Assembly (NCBI GenBank): GCA_000004695.1 | Contig: CM000154.2 | Coordinates: forward strand, 1,536,001 to 1,600,000 | From: Dictyostelium discoideum | Lineage: Eukaryota | DNA: 64,000 nt | Reading direction: 5' to 3' | Shown: positions 63,423 to 64,000 of the stretch, piece by piece | Numbering within the stretch: position 1 is the first letter of the stretch | How the letters are laid out: each line of letters opens with the position of its first letter | Program-made: the position numbers and the translations under genes | The notes under the pieces: model-generated | What the model was told of the DNA's origin: nothing | Database searches by the model: none | The model's input: only the letters and a program-made list of their open reading frames with translations

Positions 63423-64000
63423 ATGTCAACAATGTATGCACGAGAATATGCTGGAAATCCAATTAAACCAGATGTTAATATCTTTCAAAATAAATCATTT
63501 AAACAAGGTGAAAAACCAAAAAAGTTGGATGAAGATTATTTCCTCTACTCGTTGAAATCTCTTTTCAAAGATAATTTGAATGAATATCCAGGTAAACAAT
63601 TAGACAGACCAAACAAACTCGATATTACCGCCGCCGATGATAGAGAATTGAATTTTCTTGAAGAGAAGAAATGGGATGAGAAAGAACTCCTTAAAGAACA
63701 ACGTGCTGAAACATTCAAGAATTTCACCTTCCCACCACATATGTCAATCCAAGAGAAATGCGTAGACCAATTGCAACAAGATTACGACGATTTCCATATG
63801 CTTTGCTTAAGAGATATGTTCCGTGATAAAGAATGTGATTTGGAAGGATTTAGTCGTACACCAGCTCAAGATAAAGATGAACTTAAAGAAATGAATCTTA
63901 CTCATGAATCATTACTAAAGGAGAAATCCAAACTTCCATTAAAGAAACAACAACAAAATAAATCCTCAAATAAAATCAATGGTAAATTAAATAAAAAGAA
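63423..64000 (+). CDS. Hypothetical protein, 3'-truncated by the window end (ATG at 63423, open to base 64000); absent from the ORF track
   Basis: 192 sense codons without a stop. Codon usage is biased toward ttc/ctc/gcc/cgt/aag, as in highly expressed Dictyostelium genes. It begins [26 protein letters not shown].... The 60-aa antisense ORF 63545..63727 is spurious. Confidence 0.55.

Overview
Extremely AT-rich eukaryotic nuclear DNA with the hallmarks of Dictyostelium discoideum: long poly(A)/poly(T) intergenic runs, short GTAAGT/GTATGT...AG introns, and CAA/AAT-coded polyQ/polyN tracts inside ORFs. This is not a prokaryotic island, so there are no operons, no CRISPR array and no defence system. 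By eye I resolve about 20 protein-coding genes, most of them spliced, so the six-frame ORF track fragments them. They include a highly reducing type I polyketide synthase (KS-AT-DH-cMT-ER-KR-ACP), a UBR-box N-recognin E3 ligase, TAF6, GnT-I (MGAT1-like), HMG-CoA synthase and a PPAT-domain protein. They also include an RNB exoribonuclease, a syntaxin-8-like SNARE, a 4-exon LSm8 gene invisible to the ORF track, two tandem Sel1-repeat paralogues, two tandem transglutaminase-like cassettes and a secreted beta-helix protein. The accessory content is a Pol III-associated insertion hotspot. It holds a tRNA-Asn(GUU) gene, a gapped TRE-type non-LTR retrotransposon, a 5S rRNA retro-fragment bracketed by direct repeats, an RT remnant and tandem repeats. 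There are also two local patchwork pseudogene remnants copied from neighbouring genes and an 18-bp minisatellite. No previously undescribed multi-gene system is supported by the sequence; the most interesting signals are the duplications/pseudo-fragments and the tRNA-linked retroelement cluster.
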